Below are positions 1 through 11,063 of a stretch of 64,000 nt of DNA, piece after piece (position 1 is the first letter of the stretch; every line of letters begins with the position of its first letter). Position numbers and translations under genes: made by a program. Source of the stretch: Octopus sinensis (Eukaryota); contig NC_042998.1 in the NCBI RefSeq assembly GCF_006345805.1, positions 207,142,001-207,206,000 on the forward strand, in the 5' to 3' direction. Under the pieces are notes generated by a model. That model was not told the DNA's origin. It searched no databases and saw nothing but the letters and a program-made list of their open reading frames with translations.

Positions 1-112
1 CGTTCGAAATATATAGTTTTCAAAGTGACAACTAGTCGCTGATTTATAAATTAGAAAATTACTGTTTTAAGATCTCACAACGAGAGATATTCAGCAACAG
101 TACTTTGGAGTA

Positions 113-930
113 AACACCAGGCTCCAATCTGATTTGGCAGAGTTTCTACAGCTGGATGCCCTTCCTAATGCCAACCACTCCGAGAGTGTAGTGGGTGCTT
201 TTATGTGCCACTGGCACAAGGGCCAGTCAGGCAGTACTGGCAACGGCCACACTCAAATGGTGTTTTTTACGTGCCACCTGCACAGGAGCCAGTCCAGCGG
301 CACAGCAATGACCTCACTCCAATGTTTTTTACATGCCACTGGCATGGAAGCCAGTCAGCTGCTCTGGCAACGATCATGCTTGGATGGTGCTCATAGCGCT
401 CCACTGGTTTGGGTGCCAGTCTTTGAATTTGATTTGATTTCGATTTCACTTGCCTCAACAGGTCTTCACAAGCAGAGTTTAGTGCCCAATGAAGGAAAGA
501 TAGGCATAAGTGGTCTGGTTACACCCCTGGCATAGGCCATGAGTTATGGTCTCACTTGGCTTGCCAGATCTTCTCATGCACTGCATATTTCCAAAGGTCT
601 CAGTCACTAGTCATTGCCTCAGTGAGGCCTAATGTTTGAAGGTTGTGCTTCAGCACCTCATCCCAGGTCTTCCTGGGTCTTCCTCTTCCACAGGTTTCCT
701 CAACTGCTAGGGTGTGGCACTTTTTCACACAGCTATCCTCATCCATTCTCACCACATAACCATACCAGTGCAGTCTTCTCTCTTGCACACCACATCTGAT
801 GCTTCTTAGGTCCAACTTTTCTCTCAAGGTACTGACATTCTGTCGAGTATGCACACTGACATTACACATCCAGCAGAGCATACTGGCTTCATTCCTTGCA
901 AGCTTACACATGTCCTCAGCAGTCACGGCC
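113..930 (-). mobile_element. RTE-clade LINE 3' fragment: ORF2 C-terminus (930-552) plus 3' UTR
   Basis: The minus frame reads ...VQERRLHWYGYVVRMDEDSCVKKCHTLAVEETCGRGRPRKTWDEVLKHNLQTLGLTEAMTSD*DLWKYAVHEKIWQAK*, matching the RTE post-RT motifs RRLxWxGHVxRM and RGRPRKTW. The stop at 600-602 is CGA>TGA; the copy at 61625 reads MTSDRDLW. The fragment is truncated at a TA microsatellite. Confidence 0.9.
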
Positions 931-931
931 C

Positions 932-966
932 ACATATATATATATACACATACACACATACATACA

Positions 967-1002
<36 letters not shown>

Positions 1003-1545
1003 TACATATATATATACACACATATATACACACAAATATGTACAAATATATATATATATACACATACACACAAATATATATATATATATACAAATACATA
1101 CAAATATATATATATATGCATACATATACATATATATATACACATACAAACATACATATATATATATATATAATATATATATACACACATACATATATAC
1201 ACATACATACATATGTATATATACAGACATACAGATATATACATACATACATACATACATATATATACACATACATACATATATATACACACATACATAC
1301 ATATATATATATATAGACATATACACACATATATATACACATACATACATATACATATATACACATACATATATATACATACATACATACACACACACAC
1401 ATATATATACACACGCACACACACACATATATATATATATACACACACATACATATACACACACATATATATATATATACACACACATACATATACATAT
1501 ATATATACATACACACACATACATATATATATGTATTATATTATA
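932..1545. repeat. Compound (TA)n/(CA)n/(TACA)n microsatellite
   Basis: Seen directly; it explains the YIYI/HTHT ORFs. Confidence 0.97.
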
Positions 1546-1794
1546 TAAGTATGTACAGGAAGAAAAAGAAAATATTTTGGCATTTATCCATTCCGGCAGA
1601 AACGAGATGTGTAAGCATGTGACTCTGCGTGTGTGTGAGTGTGTGTGTGGCTGCGTGTGTGTGTGTGTGTGTGTGTATGTGTGGCAGGGCGTACACCATA
1701 CATGTTTGATGTACCCAGCATATAATGTACGGCTACGAACAAATGAAATGGGTGCAGAGAAGAGGAGGAGGGAAGAGTAGGAGGAAGGAAGAAA

Positions 1795-1825
<31 letters not shown>

Positions 1826-1994
1826 AGAAGGTATGTAGTGGCTGTTGTTGTTATGTCAAACAAACAAACAAACAAACACACAACCCTCCCCCCACCAAAA
1901 AAAACACGTCATTAACTATTCACAGTATTGAACCCTGCAACTCCCGTTCTAATAATCGCGTGCAATGTATTCATTAAAAGCTCTTCACTGCTAC

Positions 1995-2040
1995 TCTATG
2001 ACGTAGGCCTGTAGGACGTACACAGCCCATGACGTCAGAA
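1995..2040. promoter_or_regulatory. CRE-like motif pair (TGACGTAG 1999-2006, TGACGTCA 2030-2037)
   Basis: A palindromic CRE and a variant lie 31 bp apart in unique, CpG-containing sequence. Function is not shown. Confidence 0.25.
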
Positions 2041-2204
2041 AGCACCCCCCACTCCACTCTTCTCTACCGTTTTTTTTTATTTATTCGTCTATATTATTAT
2101 TATTATTATTATTATTATTGATATTATTATTATTATTATCATCATCATCACAGCAGCATCATCTTCATTTGTACATCATACACGTCTAAACAATAAATGT
2201 ATAT

Positions 2205-2300
2205 ATATATATATATACACACACATACACTCACAAATACATACACACACAGATATATATACACTCACAAATACATACTACACATGTATACATACATACA

Positions 2301-2334
<34 letters not shown>

Positions 2335-2479
2335 CATATATAGATATGTATATACACAGACATATTCACATATACACACATACAATACATACATGCTTAT
2401 GCATACACACATGTATATACATATACACAACACATATAGACATATGCATACATATACACACACATACAGACAAACATAC

Positions 2480-2532
<53 letters not shown>

Positions 2533-3059
2533 TACACAACTATATATATACACAACTATATATATATATACATATATACACAAACTCATACACACACACA
2601 CAGAAAAATAACAAAATTACAAATATTATCAAACACACACACACACACACACGCATCCAATAAAAAAAAAACAGGGTCCCTAAATAAGTGTCCCCTACCA
2701 CCTTCACCTTCACCTTGCCCCCGCCCCCTCACCCCACCCACCCCGCACCCTCCCTTTCTGTACCAAAATTTACCCGAAATACACAAAAACTTCCAGTTGA
2801 TGTCATCAGCCGGACTGATGCCAAACAATACATTACAAGACAAACAGCCACAGAGCTAAACAACAACAACACCAACAACAACAATGATAATAATAATAAC
2901 AACAGCAACAACAACAACAATATTAAAGACAATAATAATAATAATAATGATAATAATAACAATGATAATAACTGTATTGATGATACTGGTAGTGATGATG
3001 ATGATGGTGGTGATGGTACTGTTACCAATGCTATCATCATCATCGTCATGATCATCATG

Positions 3060-3091
<32 letters not shown>

Positions 3092-3114
3092 CATGATCAT
3101 CATGATCATCATCG

Positions 3115-3145
<31 letters not shown>

Positions 3146-3340
3146 TATTATCATTATTCTTATAATGACGACGTCTTCCATTTCTGCAAGTGCGCTAAAG
3201 AGAACATTACACTACAAGATATTGCCATGAAATACAGGAAGAAAACAAAAAAAAAAGAAATAAAAAGAAGAAAAAAAACAAGAAACAAAAGGAAAAAAGA
3301 AACAATGAAAGAAGAATACAAAAAAAAAATAGTTGGGCAG

Positions 3341-3388
<48 letters not shown>

Positions 3389-3870
3389 TGTAAGAAGGGA
3401 CTGGAAATCACGTTACATGGGGGGGAGGGGGGAACCAGAGAAAAGTGCACGTGCTCACACACACACACACCACAGGGTCAGCATCATCATCACCTATACA
3501 CACACACTGTCGACACCAGTGATGGTGATGATGATAGTGTGTGTGTGTATAGGTGTGCGTGTGTGTGTGTGTGTGAGAGAGAGAAAGAGTGTGTATAGGC
3601 GCACGTGTGTGTGTGAGAATGTGTGTATAGGTGTGTGTGTGTCTGTGTGAGAGTGTGTGTGTATAGGTGTGTGTATGTCTGTGTGAGAGAGTGTGCGTAT
3701 AGGTGTGTGTGTATATAGGTGTGTGTGTATATAGGTGTGTGTGTGTGTGTGTGCGCGCATATAAGTGTGTCTGTGTATATGTGTCTGCGCATACAGGTGT
3801 GTGTGCGTTTGTGTGCGTGTGTATTTGTGTGTGTGTGTGTATAAGTGTGTATGTGTGAGTGCGTGCATGC
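2205..3870. repeat. Microsatellite field: TA/CA, (AAC/AAT)n, (ATC)n, (GA)n, (GT)n
   Basis: Seen directly; source of the poly-N, poly-I and ER ORFs. Confidence 0.95.
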
Positions 3871-3872
3871 AT

Positions 3873-4240
3873 CTTTTACTTGCTTCAGTCATAAAATTGC
3901 GGCCATGCTGGAACATTGCCTTGAAGAATTTTTCTTTTCCCCGTCAAATGAATCAACCCTGAAACTTTTTTTTATGTCTCTTTTTCAAGCCTGGTTACTA
4001 TTCTGTTCATCTCTTTTGCTGAACTTCTATGTTACAGAGATGTAAACAAACCAACACCAGCTATGAAGCAGTGGAGAGAACGAAATACACACACACACAC
4101 GATGGGCTTCTTTCAGTTTCCGTCTACCAAATCCACTCACAAGGCTTTGGCCAGTCTGAGGTCATAGTAGAAGACACTTGTCCAAGACGCCATGCAGTGG
4201 GACTGAACCCACAACCATGTGGTTGGGCAGCAACCACATA
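3873..4240 (-). mobile_element. tRNA-derived SINE family A, degenerate copy
   Basis: The tail (cttttacttgcttcagtc...ggccatgctgga) and head (gggactgaaccc, gaagacacttg) match the full copies at 5940 and 20676. Confidence 0.8.
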
Positions 4241-4323
4241 CCTGTACATGTCCAACATCATCACCGTTTTACATCCACTTACCCATACTTGTTGAACCAG
4301 AATATCTAAAGTTGGATGTTCTT

Positions 4324-4597
4324 ACAGATCTATATATAAGAGATGAGGAATTATTTACATTTGACAGATATTTGTCCTCATCTTGTTTGTTGTTCACACA
4401 ACGTTTTGGCTGATATACCCTCCAGCCTTCATCAGGTGTCTTGGGGAAATTTCAAACCCGGGTTCTCATTCCTGAGGTATTTTTCAATATTATTATTATT
4501 ATTATTATTATCATTATTATTATTCAGGTCACTGCCTGGAATCAAGCTCGGAATCTTGGAGTTAGTAGCCCGAGCTCTTAACCACTAAACCATATGG
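4324..4597 (-). mobile_element. SINE-like element: tRNA-like head + (AAT)n + Penelope-like tail with hammerhead motif
   Basis: The minus strand starts with TATGGTTTAGTGGTTAAGAGC (box A-like) and GCTTGATTCC (box B-like). The tail is shared with 55640-55771. Confidence 0.7.
4395..4440 (-). ncRNA. Type-I hammerhead ribozyme motif (PLE-type), G12A-mutated
   Basis: GACAC CTGATGA A GGCTG gagggtatat CAGCC AAAAC GTT GTGTG: stem I ACAC/GTGT, core CUGAUGA, stem II GGCUG/CAGCC, GAAA changed to AAAA, palindromic AACGUU stem III. Confidence 0.75.
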
Positions 4598-5144
4598 CAT
4601 AGTGGTTAAGAGCTCGGGCTGGGCAGATAGATAAGTAGATAGATATATCAATAATAGGTAAGTGTTCATGCGTGTATACAAAGAAATTCACCAATGACGA
4701 CTTGAAAATTAAATTAAATTGCAGCACCACTAACATCCAGCGTATGTTTAGAAGGGGAAAACGCTAAAATAACTTGACCTTGAGGAGTGAAGCCATCTTG
4801 AAAATATTAAGTAGTGGTTTGTAATGAAGACTGTGTTTAAAAATAAAATATGCCCTGAAGAAGAACATTTTAAATGATGAAATAGTTTACATACCACCTA
4901 ACAGATTAAGCAATAATCGAAATATAGCTAAAAGTATTACTGAATAGCATCCTGCTTGTAGTTTAGAAGTTTCTGGTTCTGTATCTCAAGTAGTCTTTTC
5001 TCTACTAAGTAAACATTTCCCTCACAGACACAAGTAGAGTAATCTGAATTTTCACTTAAAACTACTGTTAAGCACCAAATTAGCATACGATACTGCTTCT
5101 TAGAACTTAGCAAATTTGAAAGATTACAATAATTATAATCATTA

Positions 5145-5640
5145 TCATCATCATCATCGTTTAATGTCCGTTTTTCCATGCTGGCATGGGTTGGATGGCT
5201 TGACTGGGGTCTAGGAAGCCAGGAGGCTGCACCAGGCTCCAGTTTGATCTGGCAGTGCTTCTACAGCTGGATGCCCTTCCTAACGCCAACCACTCCATGC
5301 GTGTAGTGGGTGCTTTTTTATGTGTCACCAGCACAGGGGCTAGAGGAGCTGGTATCGACCACAATCAGATGTTGCCTTTTACGTGCCACCGGCACGGAAG
5401 CCAGTCAAGTCAGCACTGGCATCAGCCACGTTTGGGTGGTGCTTTTTATGTGCCACCAGCACAGGGACCACAACTACAATTTCCATTTGAATGTGATTTG
5501 ATTTGATTTTGGTGTACTTGACTTAATAGGTCTCCTCAAGCACGGCATGTCACCCTACAATCCAAGGGTACTTTTTGAGTTGGCTGGTTATGCCACACTG
5601 GTGGGGGTTACAGCTGTGAACTCACTTTACTTGTCGGGTC
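5145..5640 (-). mobile_element. RTE LINE 3' UTR copy with (GAT)n tail
   Basis: catcatcgtttaatgtccgtttttccatgctggcatggg...ctacagctggatgcccttcc; same family as 113-930. Confidence 0.9.
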
Positions 5641-5907
5641 TTCTCAGTCACAGCATTATGTTAACATTAATTGCTATTGCATTAATCCTAGTAATTGTCT
5701 CCTTAACTCCAACCACTGACCATGTGAAATTACAGAGAGATGTTCATTTAGAACTAAACCCTCCAAGAAAGCATGTGTAGCTGACTTAAGTGACAACATT
5801 TTAAAGTTTGAATACAACATACACACACACACTGATTCATCAAGAAACCAGTGACATATTTACAATATCCGAATGTAGGACTGGAAGGCTTGTTCATAAG
5901 TCAAAAG

Positions 5908-5939
<32 letters not shown>

Positions 5940-5940
<1 letters not shown>

Positions 5941-6348
5941 CTCTTTTTACTCTTTTACTTGTTTCAGTCATTTGACTGTGGCCATGCTGGAGCACCGCCT
6001 TTAATCGAGCAACTCGACCCCGGGACTTATTCTTTTGTAAGCCCAGTACTTATTCTATCGGTCTCGTTTGCCGAACTGCTAAGTAACAGGGACATAAACA
6101 CACCAGCATCGGTTGTCAAGCAATGCTAGGGGACAAACACAGACACACAAACACACACACGCATACATATATATATACATATATACGACAGGCTTCTTTC
6201 AGTTTCCGTCTACCAAATCCACTCACAAGGCTTTGGTTGGCCCGAGGCTATAGTAGAAGACACTTGCCCAAGGTGCCACACAGTGGGACTGAACCCGGAA
6301 CCATGTGGTTGGTAGAGAAGCTACTTACCACAGAGCCACTCCTGCGCC
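5940..6348 (-). mobile_element. tRNA-derived SINE family A, full length
   Basis: Head GGCGCAGGAGTGGCTCTGTGG...GGTTCAGTCCC, internal TA/CA microsatellite, tail ending aagtaaaagag. Confidence 0.92.
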
Positions 6349-6349
6349 T

Positions 6350-6520
6350 ATATAAAGGGAAAGTTTACGAAAATAAACAAAAGACGAAGGCAGGTGGAGT
6401 ACAAACAAACAAATGTATTAGTATAGCGCTCAGGAATAGAAAAAGTCTTACGTTTCGAGCCTATGCTTTTGACAGAAAGATACACAGAAGAAAACAAGGA
6501 GAGAAACAAGGAGAGAAGTC
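6350..6520 (-). mobile_element. Penelope-like terminal fragment with degenerate hammerhead (6445-6480)
   Basis: Minus strand TCTTT CTGTCAA A AGC atag GCT C GAAAC GTA AGAC. Confidence 0.5.
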
Positions 6521-6524
6521 AGGC

Positions 6525-7190
6525 TCCAATCTAATCTGGCAGAGTTTCTACAGCTGGATGCCCTTCCTAATACCAACCACTCCGAGAATGTAGTGGGTGC
6601 TTTTTACGTGCCACCAGAACCTGTGTTAGTCAGGCAGTTCTGGCAACAACCATGCTGAAAAGGTGCTTTTTACGTACTACCTGCATGGGAGAGTCCGGCA
6701 GCACTGGCAACGACCGCGCTCGAATGTTGTTTCTGACGTACCACCAGCACATGTGCCAATAATGCGGTGCTGACAACAATCACGCTTGAATGGTGCTTTT
6801 TACATGTTACCGGCACAGGAGCCAATACGTGGCCCTGTCTATGATCATGCTCGGATGGTGCTTTTAATGTTTCACTGGCAAGAGTGCCAATCAGGTGGCA
6901 CTGTCATCGGCCACGTCAATGATTTTGATTTGTTTGCACTTACCTCAATAGTTCTTCACAAGCAAAGTTCATTGTCCAATGAATGGCGGGTACTCATAAG
7001 TGGGCCGGTTACACCCCACGTTCGGATATGCTTTTAACGTTCCACCTTTACCTTTGTAGCAGTTGACTATGGTGCTGCTACACCAGTCATTGGGTATGAC
7101 TCCTTCGTGTATCACCTGGTTAACTATACAGGTGACTAGGCTATAGCCAACACCACCAGATATTTTGAGCATCTCTGTGGTGATTCCCGA
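6525..7190 (-). mobile_element. Internally deleted RTE LINE: RT N-terminal fragment joined to 3' UTR
   Basis: EMLKISGGVGYSLVTCIVNQVIHEGVIPNDWCSSTIVNCYKGKG (pre-RT motif IPxDWxxSxIVxxYKGKG) sits directly upstream of the same 3' UTR family. Confidence 0.8.
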
Positions 7191-7605
7191 TGGGCTGTCT
7201 TCATACTCTTAATTGCTTTATCTACCAAGGTACTGTCAATTTGGATAGTTGGTCCCTCTGTTGGGCCGACATTCGGCAGACTCTCTTTCTCCCATTCATT
7301 CTCTTTATTGGGCAACCTTTCTCAGTGATAACACATAAAAAGCATCCAGTACCCCCTGCAAAGCTGTTGGCATTAAGAACAGCATCTGGCCATAGATACC
7401 TTGCAGATCAAACAACAGACCCTGATGCCAGCTTCTGACTTGCATCAGGATCTTCTCAAAGCCTCCAACCCATCCCACCATGGAAGGTGGATGTTAAATG
7501 ATGATGATGCTTATTCAAAGTTCATCATTGAGGTTTTGAATCCTAGGGTTGGTTATTTGGTTTCCATGGCATATAAGTGACCAAGATCACAGCATTCTTT
7601 TCTAC

Positions 7606-7801
7606 TCTAGGCACAAGGCCCGAAATTTTGGGGGAGGGCACTGTTCGATTAGATTGACCCCAGTATGCAACTGGTACTTAATTTATCGACCCCGAACGGA
7701 TGAAACGCAAAGATGACCTCGGCGGAATTTGAACTCACAACATAAAGACAGACGAAATACCGCTAAACATTTCATCCAGCATGCTAATGTTTCTGCGAGC
7801 T
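7606..7801 (-). mobile_element. tRNA-derived SINE family M
   Basis: ggtacttaatttatcgaccccga...ggcggaatttgaactca matches about 14 other loci in the window. Confidence 0.88.
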
Positions 7802-7869
7802 CGACAAGATCACAGCATTGCTCTTCAAGAGGGCAACAGTCTGTTGCAGGGTTACTCATCCAAAATGAG

Positions 7870-8099
7870 TTAACCCTTTTGATATCAACCTGGCTGAAAC
7901 CGATTCTGGTTCTGTAGTACAAATGTCTTGTTTTCATAAGTTTTGAATTAAAATCTTTCACCAAACCTTAGTCACAATTTATGCTCTTAACCCGAGCTTA
8001 ATGATAATTAAATTATTTTACTAAATTCTTTGTTATATTTAAAATTAATTGAAAGAAACACAGAGCATCTCAACAGAAATACGGTAATGAAAGGGTTAA
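7870..8099. mobile_element. piggyBac-type MITE, family 1
   Basis: TTAA-CCCTTT...AAAGGG-TTAA termini; second copy at 47680-47900. Confidence 0.8.
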
Positions 8100-8309
8100 T
8101 TAGGGCCAAGTGAAATGAAGTGTTTTGGTCAAGAGCATAACTCGTTGCCTGATCTGGGAACTGAAACCATGACCTTGCAATTGTGAGTCCAACACCTTAA
8201 CCACTAGGCTATACACCTTCACCATTCACCATTGATCTGAGAGCAAACACCATCAACAACAGCACACACACACACACTAACACACATCACATACACTAAC
8301 ATACATGCA

Positions 8310-8365
<56 letters not shown>

Positions 8366-8896
8366 CAACAGTGATAAATAAAAATAAATAACTAAAACTG
8401 AAAATGGTTTCAATTTGAATTAAGAAATTGATGAGAAGTTAGATGAGCCAGAAGATAATACATCTTTTAAATTTAAAGTTTAAGAGTTTTATTGCCATTA
8501 AAACCCATGAAAAAAAGAAGAAAAACACCAAAAACCTCCTTAGGAATTGATGATAAGGAAGAAAAAATAGAAACGGAATAGAAACGAGGAAATAGCAAGA
8601 AAACCATTTGGTAAACTGTGGAAGTTTTAAGACGGGTTTAAAATGAGAAGTTGATGTTAAAGCAAACAAAGCAAAAACTGTTGTTGAAAGAAATAATTTA
8701 ACCTTGAAAGACATGTCTCATAAAAAAGTGAAGAAATGTTCTTTGAGAAAATGACCAGAAGAAGAAGAAGGAGGAGGAGGAGAAGAAGAAGGAAGAGAGG
8801 AAAGAGGAGAGGGGCAGCAGCAGCAGCAGCAGAAGAAGAAAAAGGAGAAGAAGGAGGAGAAGAAGGAGAAGAAGAAGAAGAAGAAGGTTGATGTAA

Positions 8897-9785
8897 GCTC
8901 CTCTGGCCCCTGTGCTGGTGGCACATAAAAAGCACCATCTGATCGTGGTCGATGCCAGCTCCTCTGGCCCCTGTGCCGGTGGCACATAAAAAGCACCATC
9001 TGATCGTGGTCGATGCCAGCTCCTCTGGCCCCTGTGCCGGTGGCACATAAAAAGCACCATCTGATCGTGGTCGATGCCAGCTCCTCTGGCCCCTGTGCCG
9101 GTGGCACATAAAAAGCACCATCTGATCGTGGTCGATGCCAGCTCCTCTGGCCCCTGTGCCGGTGGCACATAAAAAGCACCATCTGATCGTGGTCGATGCC
9201 AGCTCCTCTGGCCCCTGTGCCAGTGGCACATAAAAAGCACCATCTGATCGTGGTCGATGCCAGCTCCTCTGGCCCCTGTGCCGGTGGCACATAAAAAGCA
9301 CCATCTGATCGTGGTCGATGCCAGCTCCTCTGGCCCCTGTGCCGGTGGCACAAAAAATAAAATCACATCTGATCGTGGTCGATGCCAGCTCCTCTGGCCC
9401 CTGTGCCGGTGGCACATAAAAAGCACCATCTGATCGTGGTCGATGCCAGCTCCTCTGGCCCCTGTGCCGGTGGCACATAAAAAGCACCATTTGATCGTGG
9501 TCGATGCCAGCTCCTCTGGCCCCTGTGCCGGTGGCACATAAAAAGCACCATCTGATCGTGGTTGATACCAGCTCCTCTGGCATCTGTGCTGGTGGCATGT
9601 AAAAAGCTACGACTACACTCTTGGAGTGATTGGTGTTAGGAAGGGCATCCAGTTATAGCAACACTGCCAGATCAGATTGGGATCTGGTGCAGCCTCCTGT
9701 CTTCTCAGACCCCAGTCGAACCATCCAACCCATGCCAGCATGGAAAATGGACGTTAAACAACGATGATGATGATGATGATGATGA
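8897..9785 (+). repeat. 61-bp minisatellite (about 11 copies, 8897-9600) within an RTE 3' UTR copy
   Basis: The unit gctcctctggcccctgtgccggtggcacataaaaagcaccatctgatcgtggtcgatgcca is near-identical between copies and runs into the RTE 3' end and (GAT)n tail. Confidence 0.95.
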
Positions 9786-10048
9786 TACTCACATTTATGT
9801 ATACACAAACATATATACATTCACGATTGCACACACACACACACACACATGCACACACACACAATAGTTTAAATGCTTTTTTTACTCAAATAATTTTAAT
9901 ATCCTGCAATTTTGAAACAACAGCCTTGTTTGTTGTTGGTTTTTAACAGATCAATTATTGGTTCAATGAGTATTTCTGATGGTGAAAGTGAGAGTATCTA
10001 TGCAACTTGGGCAGAACAAATGCCAAAAGTATTTTTTTTTCAATATAT

Positions 10049-10090
<42 letters not shown>

Positions 10091-10115
10091 ATATATATAA
10101 TATATATATATATAC

Positions 10116-10605
10116 CGGAGCAAACACATAAATGTGAAACAAGGTGGAAAAAAGAGTACTCAAATACCAGTGGTAGAGTAATATGCTTTATTTAAAGCAG
10201 CAGAAAATTCTACAAAACCTTTTCTGCTGCTTTAAATAAAGTATATATATATATAATAACAAAATAATAAATAAAACATATGCATATATACATACATATG
10301 TGCATACCTACATATATATGTATAGATGCATAGATGGGTACAGGACACAAAAAAAACATAAAAGCAAACACATGGAAACAGACTTTTTTTTCAAACAACG
10401 AAAAAAACAGTACAAGATATACAACACAAGGAATGTTCCCCTTCTTCAGTTGTCCCTGTTTCGTCTACTCCGCATTTCGAAGGTAAGGACAAGACGCGAC
10501 TTCGTTGAAACAGTCCTTCCCGCAAAGCAAATTAAATAAAATTTGGGATTTTTTGCAGAAGGTGAAAGTGGTAACAAGAACAGGACAGTAAAACAGTAAA
10601 AACAA
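10116..10605 (-). mobile_element. Composite Penelope-like non-coding fragments
   Basis: 10116-10207 matches 40478-40575. The block is flanked by a ~60-bp direct repeat. PLE assignment is by linkage to the hammerhead-bearing copy at 40478-40630; assignment of 10290-10605 is from recollection. Confidence 0.55.
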
Positions 10606-10674
10606 AAGTGAGAGTATCTATGCAACTTGGGCAGATCAAATGCCAAAAGTTTTTTTTTCAACACATATATATAC

Positions 10675-11063
10675 ACTAGCAGTATCGCCCGGCGTTGCTC
10701 AGGTTTGTAAGGGAAATAACTATAAAGCATTTTTAGAGAGTTATAGCCAAAAAATAGCAAAAAAATGGAAAAAAAATGATGGTAAATTTTTTTTTGAGAG
10801 TAAAAAAAGGTTGAGTTGCGTCCCCTAGACAGTCTGTGGTTTGTTTTTTTTGATTCTCGACCCCATGTCGAATTTATCGATTTTTTTCAGAACTGGGGGA
10901 ACTTTTCAAAATTTTCGCTGCGTTAGTTTTGAATTATGACATTGGGCTATGTGTGTGTCAAGTTTCATCAGAATCGGTTGAAAGCCGTGGTCAGGGTGAG
11001 GGTACGAGAAAACAGACACACAGAAACACGCACAGACAAACTGCCGTTTATATAGAGAGAGAT
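10675..11063 (+). mobile_element. Non-autonomous Helitron/Helentron-related element (DINE-1/HINE-like)
   Basis: 5' ACTAGC...CCCGGCGTTGCTC subterminal hairpin; 3' caagtttcatcagaatcggttgaaagccg + ACAGAC-type repeats + tttatatagagagagat. Confidence 0.65.

Noticed and set aside
600-3916. Long ORFs of 150-320 aa rich in YI/HT/CV/N/I
   Set aside because: They are translations of di-, tri- and tetranucleotide microsatellites. Only the RTE segment at 552-930 is real, decayed coding sequence. The same applies at 18843-19277, 44319-44829, 49327-50121, 54115-54854 and 60888-61525.
8657-9598. 313-aa and 279-aa repetitive ORFs; CRISPR-like regular array
   Set aside because: This is a 61-bp tandem repeat with no unique spacers, derived from a LINE 3' UTR, in a eukaryotic context with no cas genes.
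9950-10028. Possible exon SIIGSMSISDGESESIYATWAEQMPK with AG/GT ends
   Set aside because: The donor is weak and most of the segment is the duplicated flank of an insertion; the second copy is closed in all frames. Not strictly excluded.
10420-10520. Possible additional hammerhead (CTGAAGA and GAAAC words)
   Set aside because: I could not assemble consistent stems I-III in the right order on either strand.
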